Source: an uncultured Verrucomicrobiae bacterium (lineage in GTDB: Bacteria; Verrucomicrobiota; Verrucomicrobiia; Chthoniobacterales; UBA10450). Taken from it: 64,000 nucleotides of DNA. Shown one piece after another: positions 1 to 7,968 of this stretch (positions are counted from its first letter, which is position 1; each line of letters opens with the position of its first letter). The notes under the pieces were generated by a model that worked only from the letters and a program-made list of their open reading frames with translations, made no database searches and was not told where the DNA came from. The DNA is taken from assembly GCA_963763995.1 (NCBI GenBank), contig CAVXQL010000010.1, positions 24,187 to 88,186 on the forward strand. Direction: 5' to 3'. The position numbers were made by a program, and so were the translations under genes.

Positions 1-62
1 CGCACTCCGCTCGCGCCTGGTTCCGGGGATGGACCGAGGTGGCCACCACAAAAATGCGCTCG

Positions 63-299
63 TTACACGCCGGCCGGCTCTCGCATCGGACGAGTCACGG
101 GCGCGGGAAGTTCCTTCCCCGCGCTCACCAGTTCTTCGATTTCCCTTCGCACCATTTCCCGAAGTTCTCGATATGTCTGTTCCTCATCGTGACCGTGACA
201 CACTCCTCCCCATGGAAATAAGTCAGGGCAGTAACCGACGTAGGCAGCGTCGTCATCGCTCCAGCGAACAAACTTTAGATATTGATCTTCCGTTTTCAT
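63..299 (-). CDS. hicB: HicB-family antitoxin (type II toxin-antitoxin)
   Basis: 78-aa ORF. The stretch YVGYCPDLFPWGGVCHGHDEEQTYRELREMVRREIEELV resembles HicB/UPF0150-type antitoxins. Its ATG (297-299) overlaps the TGA (296-298) that closes the upstream hicA frame (ATGA coupling). Confidence 0.75.
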   Translation of the reverse strand: MKTEDQYLKFVRWSDDDAAYVGYCPDLFPWGGVCHGHDEEQTYRELREMVRREIEELVSAGKELPAPVTRPMREPAGV

Positions 300-497
300 T
301 TGCGCACATCCCGCAAGGCGTTCCGCACCTGCTTCTCTTGATAAGGAAGCGCGTCGTCGCCTTCTTTTCCACTAAGAATTACGGAGCCAGCGAAGCGAGG
401 GGTGGCGAAACCTGCGATGCGATCCTTTGCCGCCGGGCCAAATTTGAAATCCGCCCGCTTCAAGATCAGCAATCAAGTGACGAATCTTGCGCGGCAT
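296..497 (-). pseudogene. hicA: HicA-family mRNA-interferase toxin, frame broken by a 1-nt shift near 391-399
   Basis: N-terminal part MPRKIRHLIADLEAGGFQIWPGGKGSHRRFRHP lies in the frame of ORF 372..554. C-terminal part AGSVILSGKEGDDALPYQEKQVRNALRDVRK* lies in the +1 frame and ends at 296-298. Joined, they match the HicA/YcfA pattern GKGSH..HP..SGKDGDD..YQEK. Confidence 0.7.
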
Positions 498-843
498 ATT
501 GTTCTGGAGATGATTGCAACCCGAGGTCATTCCAGCAAGCAAACCCTGCGTCATCGATTAAGAATAAAGCCAAAATCACCCCGTCGGCTGAGATTGTTTG
601 CTGCTCGTCTCGGGATCGAACGGGATCGCCACATCGGTTTCGCCGAGAAACGCCAAGCGGCGCGGATCAGCGGTATGGGCGTCATGCGGACGAGCGCTAT
701 CGTGGTCGTTACATGGCTGCGAGGCTCCTCATCGTCGCGCCGCCGCCGAAGCGCTTTTGGCGTGCAGGAAAGCTGTGCGATTCAGGATGACAGGCGAAGA
801 GAATTGAGCTTGCTCACACATCGTCGCGCGGCAGCTTGCGGCG

Positions 844-1596
844 ATGTTGATCGACTCCGACAAACCAAACCGTACGCCGCTCGCGCTGGGTTGGGAGGCG
901 GCGCGCGCGAATGCTGTCCCCGCGTTTATCCTGCAAGCGGCGATGATCGCGCTCCTCGTTGCATATTACCTGAGCCCAACGGCCGCAGCCGCGCTAAACC
1001 ATCTCGCCGAATATAAGAGAGAGCATGGATTGGTTTTTGTCATCGTAGCATCCATCGCTGCCGGTGCCATCCTTCCGGAGCTGTTCGTCATTTGTTTTTT
1101 TCAAAAAGGGCGACTCCGCGTGCAAAACCTGCGGAATCTTTCTTTCACGATTCCGACTTGGGGCGTCGACGGAATTCTGGTTGATTTCATGTACCGCGGA
1201 ATGGCGGCTGGATTCGGTGATGTGGTGACATGGCCGGTCGTACTGGCGAAGGTTTGCGTCGATATGTTCGGCTACAATCCATTTATCGCCGCACCTGCTG
1301 AAGTGCTCGTTTACGAATGGAAAAATACGCAAATTTCATGGTCGTCGGTGCGACGGGCACTGACCTGGGACCATTACCGCGATAAGATTGTGCCGACGCT
1401 ACTCGCCACGTGGGCGGTGTGGATCCCACTGGTGGCGGTCATCTATTCGGTCCCACTCGCCTTGCAGTTTCCGCTTTTCAGTCTTGCGCTCACCTTCTGG
1501 GTACTGTTGCTGACGTATATGACAAACCGTTTTGCAGGAAAAATCGAGGCCGATGCGCCGCCGGCGCTTTCCGTGGCCGCGTCCCCGGGAGCATGA
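844..1596 (+). CDS. multi-pass membrane protein of unknown function
   Basis: 250-aa ORF with an ATG start and several hydrophobic segments (AFILQAAMIALLVAYYL, LVFVIVASIAAGAILPELFVICFF, WAVWIPLVAVIYSVPLALQFPLFSLALTFWVLLL). I recognise no family. Confidence 0.6.
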   Translation: MLIDSDKPNRTPLALGWEAARANAVPAFILQAAMIALLVAYYLSPTAAAALNHLAEYKREHGLVFVIVASIAAGAILPELFVICFFQKGRLRVQNLRNLSFTIPTWGVDGILVDFMYRGMAAGFGDVVTWPVVLAKVCVDMFGYNPFIAAPAEVLVYEWKNTQISWSSVRRALTWDHYRDKIVPTLLATWAVWIPLVAVIYSVPLALQFPLFSLALTFWVLLLTYMTNRFAGKIEADAPPALSVAASPGA

Positions 1597-2090
1597 AAGC
1601 GCACGAGATTTTTGAGAGGATATCTCCGGCGACTGCGGCCGAGATTTTTGGTTTTCTGCAAAAGGAAGAAAAGCCAGTCCTCAAGGCTGCGATCCAGGGG
1701 CTCGCTAACCAACGTAACTTGCGCGCTGTTTTCGTAGAACGAAAACCGACAGAGGAGCGTTACATCTGGATGCAGGCGGCGCTCTCGCGCAAAATCAGCG
1801 ATGGTGTGGCTACTCATTTATTGCATACCTGGCTGCTCGGCGCGCAGAAGGAAATGCTCTGTGATTTCCTCGATGCGCTTGAGATTTCACATGACGAGAA
1901 CGGAATGGTGGAAGATATCCCGGCGTCGCCTCCGAAAGAGAAAATCGAGAACGCAGTGTCAATTCTCCTCGGGAAATATCCGGCGGAATTTGTCGCGATT
2001 TACCTGCGAGTTTTCCAGTCGATGGACAGCACGGTGAATTGGCAAGCCTTGGACGAGATTCTAAGCGAAGAGCCGCGACTGAAGCTGTAG
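1593..2090 (+). CDS. hypothetical soluble protein, translationally coupled to the upstream membrane protein
   Basis: Start taken at ATG 1593, which overlaps the upstream TGA 1594-1596 (ATGA). The 165-aa product starts MKAHEIFERISPATAAEIFGFLQ. The longer ORF 1410..2090 merely overlaps the previous gene. Confidence 0.55.
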   Translation: MKAHEIFERISPATAAEIFGFLQKEEKPVLKAAIQGLANQRNLRAVFVERKPTEERYIWMQAALSRKISDGVATHLLHTWLLGAQKEMLCDFLDALEISHDENGMVEDIPASPPKEKIENAVSILLGKYPAEFVAIYLRVFQSMDSTVNWQALDEILSEEPRLKL

Positions 2091-2150
2091 CTGCCAGCGT
2101 CCTCGGCAGCGGAACAATAAACCTTCGCGGGCACAACAAATTTTCGGACT

Positions 2151-2176
2151 CTGCCTCCAGGGGCTAACGGAGGCAG
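2151..2176. terminator. stem-loop between convergent genes
   Basis: CTGCCTCC-aggggctaac-GGAGGCAG, an 8-bp perfect stem that directly abuts the stop of the HAD gene (2177). No strong U-tract follows. Confidence 0.4.
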
Positions 2177-2956
2177 CTACAATTTCATGAAGTGTCGCAG
2201 GGCTTCGTGCACGCCGGCGCCGTATTCGTTAGTCGCAACGTAACCACCGGCATCACGCACCGCCTGTTTCACGGCGGGGATCGCGTTCGCCGGGCACGCC
2301 GCAAGAGCCGCATAACGGCCATCCAGCATCGAGACGTCATTGTGATGATCGCCCGCAGCGAAGATTTGTTCGCGGGGAATCTCCAACAGTCGCGACAATT
2401 CGGAGAGTGCGGCGCCTTTATGATAGTCGGAGTGACAAAAGCGCAGATAGACTGTGTTCCGCTGATAATTGAATTTCGGTTGCTGGGCCCGCGCTTCGTC
2501 TATGAATCGCGTTACGACGTCCATCTCTTCCTCGCTCTCTGCGATTAATCCGGCCGGGCCGTTGCCTTCGTAAATAACGCGGGCTTTTGTTTTTTGATTC
2601 ACGAAATCAATCACCTCCGCCAGCACCGATGACGCCGAATTGAAAAGCTCGGAGTGGTCCTGAGCGCAGCGTTCGTTCCAATCTCCAAAAGCTTCCCACG
2701 CTCCGCCATTTTCGGCCGGTCGAAAAACATCGCGTTCGCTGGTGAGAATAAAATCGGGACGAAAAGGAAAGGAGAAATCGATAAGGCCGGTTTCGAGGAG
2801 ATCGACCGAGCGACCAGTGTTAATGGCCCACACCGCGCCGTCATCCTGGAGTTCCTTTATCGATTTCATGCACTTGCGATCGAGTACCGGATCGCTGCCG
2901 TGGGCGACCAGGGTACCATCGAAGTCGGTGCTAAGGAGGCGGATGCGGGAGCACAT
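2177..2956 (-). CDS. HAD-IIB (Cof-type) sugar-phosphate phosphatase family protein
   Basis: 259 aa. Contains the N-terminal DxD motif (LLSTDFDGTLV), the cap region, and GDHHNDVSML near the C-terminus, all typical of the HAD-IIB subfamily. Confidence 0.8.
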   Translation of the reverse strand: MCSRIRLLSTDFDGTLVAHGSDPVLDRKCMKSIKELQDDGAVWAINTGRSVDLLETGLIDFSFPFRPDFILTSERDVFRPAENGGAWEAFGDWNERCAQDHSELFNSASSVLAEVIDFVNQKTKARVIYEGNGPAGLIAESEEEMDVVTRFIDEARAQQPKFNYQRNTVYLRFCHSDYHKGAALSELSRLLEIPREQIFAAGDHHNDVSMLDGRYAALAACPANAIPAVKQAVRDAGGYVATNEYGAGVHEALRHFMKL

Positions 2957-3035
2957 GAGCGCGCTAACTTAGGAATTGCTTTTGCAAACGCAATCCGCAA
3001 CGGTTTCACGAGAAGAAGAGAGGAAGAAGAAGAGA

Positions 3036-3320
3036 ATGAAATCAGCCTACGAATTGGCAATGGAGCGCCTGGAAAAAAAGACGCCGAGCATCGCGTTGAC
3101 GGATAAACAAAAAGAGCAGATCGCCGAAATTGAATCCACTTACAAAGCACGGATTGCGGAAAAGGAGCTTTTCCTGAAAGGCGAAATAGAAAAAGCGCGC
3201 ACAGGGGGACAGTACGAGGACTTGGAACGGCTGGAAAAGCAGCTCAACGTCGAATTACGGCGGCTGCGGGAAGATTGCGAAGCGAAGAAGGAAAAGCTGC
3301 GCGCCAGTTTCAAGAATTAG
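3036..3320 (+). CDS. small coiled-coil protein of unknown function
   Basis: Start taken at ATG 3036 (MKSAYELAMERLEKK...). 94 aa, Lys/Glu-rich with heptad-like character. The upstream part of ORF 2976..3320 is low-complexity (REEERKKKR). Confidence 0.5.
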   Translation: MKSAYELAMERLEKKTPSIALTDKQKEQIAEIESTYKARIAEKELFLKGEIEKARTGGQYEDLERLEKQLNVELRRLREDCEAKKEKLRASFKN

Positions 3321-3494
3321 TCGGGTCTGCGTCCGAGGTCTTGTGCAGGTGCACGAAAATCATGGACAAAATCTCCAGAAATTGGTAAAAAATGAGACTG
3401 TCGCAGCTCGTTCTTAGCCGGTAGTCGAACGGCTGAATGTGATGGCGGCAACGCATAATAAGAGGTTTCATTATCTCTGCTGTTTTGGTTAGCG

Positions 3495-3530
3495 GAGGCG
3501 GCGGTGATGAACCGTCGCCTCTGTTTTTGT
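3495..3530 (+). terminator. intrinsic terminator-like hairpin with U-tract
   Basis: GAGGCGGCGG-tgatgaa-CCGTCGCCTC (10 bp, one G.U pair) followed by TGTTTTTGT. It lies 175 nt after the nearest upstream stop and 64 nt before the prs ATG. Confidence 0.6.
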
Positions 3531-3593
3531 AAACGGGCAGAATCAGCGATTGCCAACGTCCGTCGAGCGCGCCTAAGGTAGCGCCCCGCAATC

Positions 3594-4556
3594 ATGTTTG
3601 CTCTCCAACCCGAACTCAAAGTTTTTAGCGGCTCAGCCAATCGCGAACTGGCTCAGCGCATATGCGACTACATCGGTGTGCCCCTTGGGCAGGCTACGAT
3701 CAGTTCGTTTCCTGACGGGGAGACCTACGTCAAAATCGACGAGAATATCCGCGGCCGTGACGTCTTCATGATCCAGCCGACGTGCCCGCCGACGAACGAG
3801 CATCTGATGGAATTGCTGATTATGGTGGATGCGGCGCGACGGGCGAGCGCCGATCGCATTACAGCCGTGATTCCGTTTTTTGGTTACGCGCGGCAGGATC
3901 GAAAAGATCAGCCGCGCGTGCCGATCACGGCAAAACTCGTCGCCAATCTGCTCGTCGCCGCTGGGGTCAGCCGTGTATTGACGATGGATCTGCACGCGCA
4001 GCAGGTGCAGGGATTTTTCGATATTCCGGTCGACCACCTTTATTCGATGCCCGTCCTGATCAAGTATCTTCGCCAGAGATTAACTCGAAAAACCGTCGTC
4101 GTTTCTCCGGACATTGGCGGTTTAAAAATGGCGTCTGCCTATTCCCAGGCGCTCGGCGCCAGCCTCGCCATCGTCGCGAAACAGCGCAAGAGCGCGACGG
4201 AAACCGAAGCGCTTTATCTGATTGGTGATGTCGAAGGTTGCGACGTGCTCCTGGTCGATGATTTGACCGAGACGGCTGGCACGCTTGCGTCGGCGGCATC
4301 CATCTTGAAGAAGCATGGCGCGTTGCAAATTTACGCGGGGGTTTCCCACGCCGTGCTGGTCGATGTCGCGATTCCGAGGTTGCAAAATTCGGAAATAGAG
4401 GAATTGATTACCACGAACAGCACACCTGTGCGGCCCGTAGAAGGATTTTCCACTAGGGTGCTTTGCGTCTCCGAGCTTCTCGGTGAAGGCATGAAGCGAA
4501 TACATGGGGACGAATCGGTTTCGTCGCTGTTCAAAATCGAAAACGGCACTCAATAG
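3594..4556 (+). CDS. prs: ribose-phosphate pyrophosphokinase
   Basis: 320 aa. Contains KVFSGSANRELAQRICDYIGVPLG, the PRPP-binding loop DLHAQQVQGFFDIPVDHL, and VLLVDDLTETAGT. Confidence 0.95.
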   Translation: MFALQPELKVFSGSANRELAQRICDYIGVPLGQATISSFPDGETYVKIDENIRGRDVFMIQPTCPPTNEHLMELLIMVDAARRASADRITAVIPFFGYARQDRKDQPRVPITAKLVANLLVAAGVSRVLTMDLHAQQVQGFFDIPVDHLYSMPVLIKYLRQRLTRKTVVVSPDIGGLKMASAYSQALGASLAIVAKQRKSATETEALYLIGDVEGCDVLLVDDLTETAGTLASAASILKKHGALQIYAGVSHAVLVDVAIPRLQNSEIEELITTNSTPVRPVEGFSTRVLCVSELLGEGMKRIHGDESVSSLFKIENGTQ

Positions 4557-4565
4557 AACTTCGAC

Positions 4566-5222
4566 ATGGCTACACAAGTTAAACTTACAGCTGAACGACG
4601 GACAGGGGTCGGACGATCCGCCGTGCGCAAAATCAAGGCGAGTGGCGGCATCCCGGCGGTTATCTATGGGGCGAAGGCAAAGCCGGAATTGCTCCAGGTT
4701 TCGAAACGCGACATGAGCGCGATCCTCAGTCATTCCGCCGGTGAGAATATTCTCGTTGAGCTGGAGATTGCTGGGGAAAGCGGAAAAGCGTCGCGCCTGG
4801 CCCTCGTCCAGGAAGTACAGCATGCGCCGGTGGGTGGTCAGGTTCTCCATGTCGATTTCCACGCGGTCTCGATGGACGAAGTAATTGAGGCGGAAGTTCC
4901 GCTGGAAGCGACGGGCACGGCGAATGGTGTGAAGAACTTTGGCGGTCTGCTCGAGCAAAACCTGCGCTCGCTCGAGATCGAATGCTTGCCCCGCGATCTG
5001 CCCGATCGCATTACCGTGGATGTTTCCGAACTAAATATCGGCGACTCGATCCACGTCCGCGAGATTCCCTTGCCGCCGGGAGTGGCAACGAAAGTGCCAC
5101 CCGATCTCACCGCATTTTCAGTTCTGGCCCCGACGGTGGAAGAAGAGCCGGTCGCCGCAGTGGCCGAAGCCGCTGGCCGCCGGACCGGAAGTCATTCGCG
5201 AGAAAAAGGCGGAAGGCACTGA
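4566..5222 (+). CDS. rplY: 50S ribosomal protein L25/Ctc; the C-terminal tail probably continues in the +1 frame to 5277
   Basis: Starts MATQVKLTAERRTGVGRSAVRKIKASGGIPAVIYG. The annotated end GRRTGSHSREKGGRH* looks out of frame, whereas the +1 frame reads AAGPEVIREKKAEGTEGAAAATAAAPKEKEQKK*. Confidence 0.85.
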   Translation: MATQVKLTAERRTGVGRSAVRKIKASGGIPAVIYGAKAKPELLQVSKRDMSAILSHSAGENILVELEIAGESGKASRLALVQEVQHAPVGGQVLHVDFHAVSMDEVIEAEVPLEATGTANGVKNFGGLLEQNLRSLEIECLPRDLPDRITVDVSELNIGDSIHVREIPLPPGVATKVPPDLTAFSVLAPTVEEEPVAAVAEAAGRRTGSHSREKGGRH

Positions 5223-5309
5223 AGGCGCCGCGGCTGCCACCGCTGCCGCACCGAAGGAAAAAGAGCAGAAGAAATGACGTTCGCGTCGTTGCTTTCTGCC
5301 TGAACGATC

Positions 5310-5891
5310 TTGGAGTCGGAGCCGGTACGCATTCGATTGGTTGCCGGATTGGGTAACCCGGGCGCGGATTACGCAGGCACGCGTCACAACATCGGATTCA
5401 TGGTGGTGGATCGTCTCGCAGCGGAATTCGGCCTTCGCTGGGAACATTCGGCGAAATGGGGTGCGCTTTGGACAAAAGGCGAGCGCGTCCTGTTAGCGAA
5501 GCCAGCTAGTTATATGAATCGCAGCGGAGAGCCGCTCGCCGCGATCGCGCAGTTTTACAAGATTCCCAACGAACAAATTCTCGTCGTCCTCGATGATTTC
5601 GCGCTCCCGCTCGGGCGATTGCGTATTCGCCCGGACGGCAGTTCCGGAGGGCACAACGGTCTCGAATCGATTTTTCTTCATTTTGCGACGGAAAAGATCG
5701 CGCGCCTGCGGATTGGAATCGGAGCTGCGCCGCGCGAAGGTGCTGTTGATTACGTCCTCGGCCGCTTTTTTGAAGAGGAGCGAGGAGAGGTGGAAAAAAC
5801 AATCGCGCGGGCGGCTGAGGCGGTGAAATGGGCGATTGACAAAGGCGTGCTTTCCGCGATGAACACATTCAACAAAATTCCCGAATCATGA
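5310..5891 (+). CDS. pth: peptidyl-tRNA hydrolase
   Basis: 193 aa with a TTG start. Contains LVAGLGNPGADYAGTRHNIGF and GGHNGL motifs. Its stop overlaps the rpsF start (ATGA at 5888). Confidence 0.93.
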   Translation: MESEPVRIRLVAGLGNPGADYAGTRHNIGFMVVDRLAAEFGLRWEHSAKWGALWTKGERVLLAKPASYMNRSGEPLAAIAQFYKIPNEQILVVLDDFALPLGRLRIRPDGSSGGHNGLESIFLHFATEKIARLRIGIGAAPREGAVDYVLGRFFEEERGEVEKTIARAAEAVKWAIDKGVLSAMNTFNKIPES

Positions 5892-6217
5892 AGAACCGTT
5901 ACGAAGCGTTGCTCGTGCTGAACTCGCAGGGCAAGGAAGATACCATCAAGGACATCGTCGATCGCCTTGAGTCCGAATTTCAAAAGGAAGGCGCCGAGAT
6001 CGAGCAGGTGCAAAAGATGGACAAGCGTCAGTTTTCCTACGTCGCAGGCAAGCTCGACGCGGGCCACTACGTGAATTTTGTTTTTCACGCCGACCCGCAG
6101 CTAATCACGAAACTGCGCTCGAAATTCAAGCTCGATCCCGAGGTTTATCGCCAGCATTACCAACGCCTCCGCGAGAAGAAGGCACCGCCTGCGAAAAAGT
6201 TGGCAGCGGCCCAATAA
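5888..6217 (+). CDS. rpsF: 30S ribosomal protein S6
   Basis: 109 aa with an N-terminus MKNRYEALLVLNSQGKEDTI typical of S6. Located upstream of ssb. Confidence 0.9.
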   Translation: MKNRYEALLVLNSQGKEDTIKDIVDRLESEFQKEGAEIEQVQKMDKRQFSYVAGKLDAGHYVNFVFHADPQLITKLRSKFKLDPEVYRQHYQRLREKKAPPAKKLAAAQ

Positions 6218-6235
6218 GGCTGCTACAACGGGCGC

Positions 6236-6688
6236 ATGGCCAGTTTCAATAAAGTTATTTTGCTCGGAAACCTGACGCGCGATCCCGAGGTCCGCTATAC
6301 GCCGAAGGGTAGCGCCGTTACGGATCTCGGTCTTGCTGTAAATCGTAACTACACCACTGAAAGCGGCGAGAAGCGGGAAGAAGTGACCTACGTCGATGTC
6401 GTTCTCTGGGCTCGGCTGGCGGAGATCGCCGGCGAATATTTGAAGAAAGGCCGGCCCGTTTTGATCGAAGGTCGTCTGCAGATGGACACGTGGGACGACA
6501 AGCAAAGCGGCCAGAAGCGAACCAAGATGCGAGTGGTGGGGGAAACGATGCAGCTTCTCGGGAGCCGGCCGGGTGGCGGAAGTGGTGGCGACGCGGACGA
6601 AGGATCGCGTTCCAGCAGCGGACGAGCGACTACGCCACCGCCAAAAGCCGCGACTTCCGAGCCGGACGACGACGAGATTCCGTTTTAG
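6236..6688 (+). CDS. ssb: single-stranded DNA-binding protein
   Basis: 150 aa with an OB-fold N-terminus (MASFNKVILLGNLTRDPEVRYTPKGSAV), a Gly/Ser-rich linker and an acidic tip DDDEIPF. Confidence 0.95.
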   Translation: MASFNKVILLGNLTRDPEVRYTPKGSAVTDLGLAVNRNYTTESGEKREEVTYVDVVLWARLAEIAGEYLKKGRPVLIEGRLQMDTWDDKQSGQKRTKMRVVGETMQLLGSRPGGGSGGDADEGSRSSSGRATTPPPKAATSEPDDDEIPF

Positions 6689-6700
6689 GGAATCCGCTCT

Positions 6701-6786
6701 GTCATCCTGAGCGACGCGAGGGACCTTTCAAAAGTTCGGAAGCGCTAGCCTGCGTTAGGGAGAGCCTTCGCTCCGCTTAGGATGAC
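6701..6786. repeat. MITE-like palindromic element, copy A (GTCATCCTGAGCG ... CGCTTAGGATGAC)
   Basis: 86-bp element with terminal inverted repeats and internal GAGGGACC / CCTTCGCTCCGC boxes. Homologous copies lie at 35678-35789, 43096-43203 and 43872-43949. Confidence 0.8.
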
Positions 6787-6813
6787 AACGTCGGTTATAT
6801 TGTCGAGGAACCA

Positions 6814-7914
6814 ATGAACGCCACTGAAGCATGCATTGCGCTCAACATGCTCGCAACGATGGGCCCCGTGCGACTGCGCAAGTTGCTCGAGGTCTTCGAG
6901 ACGCCCGAGAAAATTCTGAGCGCGCGTGGAAGCGAACTCCGGGCGGTGGAGGGAATCGGCCGCGAGGTGGCTGAACAAATCGTTAACTGGGAGAAGACGA
7001 TTGACCTTCAAGCTGAATTGCAACGCATCCGCGATTTTGGCGCGGAGGTGATCACAGCAGCGTCGCCCGCGTATCCCAGGCAACTGCGCGAAATTCATTC
7101 CGCACCGATCGTCCTTTACGTTTGGGGTGATTTGACCGGCCGCGATCAACACGCCATCGGTGTCATTGGTTCGCGCCGCACGACTCATTATGGAATGGAA
7201 TCGGCTAAGAAACTTTCCTATCAGTTGGCATACGCCGGTCTAACCATTATTAGCGGTCTCGCCCGCGGGATCGATACTGCTGCGCATCAGGGTGCTCTTG
7301 CCGCCAAAGGCCGGACGATCGCGGTGATCGGCTCCGGTTTGATGAAACTTTATCCGCCGGAAAATGCCGCGCTTGCTGAAAAGATCCGGAGTGGCAACGG
7401 CGCGATCGTCTCAGAATTTTCCATGGAGATCGAACCTGATCGCCAAACCTTTCCGATGCGCAATCGAATCATCAGCGGATGGAGTCACGGAATTCTTGTT
7501 GTCGAAGCGGGCCTCAACAGCGGGGCGCTCATCACTGCGTCGCAGGCCATCGATCAGGGCCGATCGGTTTACGCTGTTCCCGGCCACATCAACGCTCCGA
7601 GCGCACAAGGATCGAATCGCCTCATCCAGCAAGGCGCGAAGCTGGTCATGGATGCGAGCGATATTCTCGACGATCTCCAAATCCTGCTTCCCGAAACGAA
7701 GCCGTCGCCCGAGGCCGCCGCCAGGCCGTTGCCTGAGCTAACGGCAGAAGAGCGCTCCGTCTATGACGCAATCGAGGCGACCGAAACATCGATCGACGCG
7801 ATCTCGACAAAATGCGAGTTGCCAAGCGCGAGCGTCTCCTCTACCCTCCTGCGCCTTGAGCTAAAGCGGCTGGTCAAACAGTTGCCCGGGAAGTATTTCG
7901 TAAAACTCGGGTAA
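6814..7914 (+). CDS. dprA: DNA-processing protein DprA
   Basis: 366 aa. Has an N-terminal SAM-like region, a Rossmann core GSRRTTHYGMESAKKLSYQLAYAGLTIISGLARGIDTAAHQGAL, and a C-terminal winged-helix-like tail. Confidence 0.92.
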   Translation: MNATEACIALNMLATMGPVRLRKLLEVFETPEKILSARGSELRAVEGIGREVAEQIVNWEKTIDLQAELQRIRDFGAEVITAASPAYPRQLREIHSAPIVLYVWGDLTGRDQHAIGVIGSRRTTHYGMESAKKLSYQLAYAGLTIISGLARGIDTAAHQGALAAKGRTIAVIGSGLMKLYPPENAALAEKIRSGNGAIVSEFSMEIEPDRQTFPMRNRIISGWSHGILVVEAGLNSGALITASQAIDQGRSVYAVPGHINAPSAQGSNRLIQQGAKLVMDASDILDDLQILLPETKPSPEAAARPLPELTAEERSVYDAIEATETSIDAISTKCELPSASVSSTLLRLELKRLVKQLPGKYFVKLG

Positions 7915-7968
7915 GCTCGTCCGCAAAGTGCTGCTGGCTTTTTCAAGGCCAACGCATCTCAGATAGCC

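Noticed and set aside
29-1016. Long plus-strand ORFs 29..790 (253 aa) and 402..1016 (204 aa) covering the hicAB region.
   Set aside because: They are Arg/Ser/Pro-rich with no recognisable domains, and they run antisense to or overlap the well-supported hicB/hicA reading frames. This is typical of spurious ORFs in GC-rich DNA.
3321-3593. A known purine, PRPP or ykkC-type riboswitch upstream of prs.
   Set aside because: I could not find the conserved cores of those classes. Only the terminator hairpin is solid, so the region is reported as an unexplained structure rather than as a named riboswitch.
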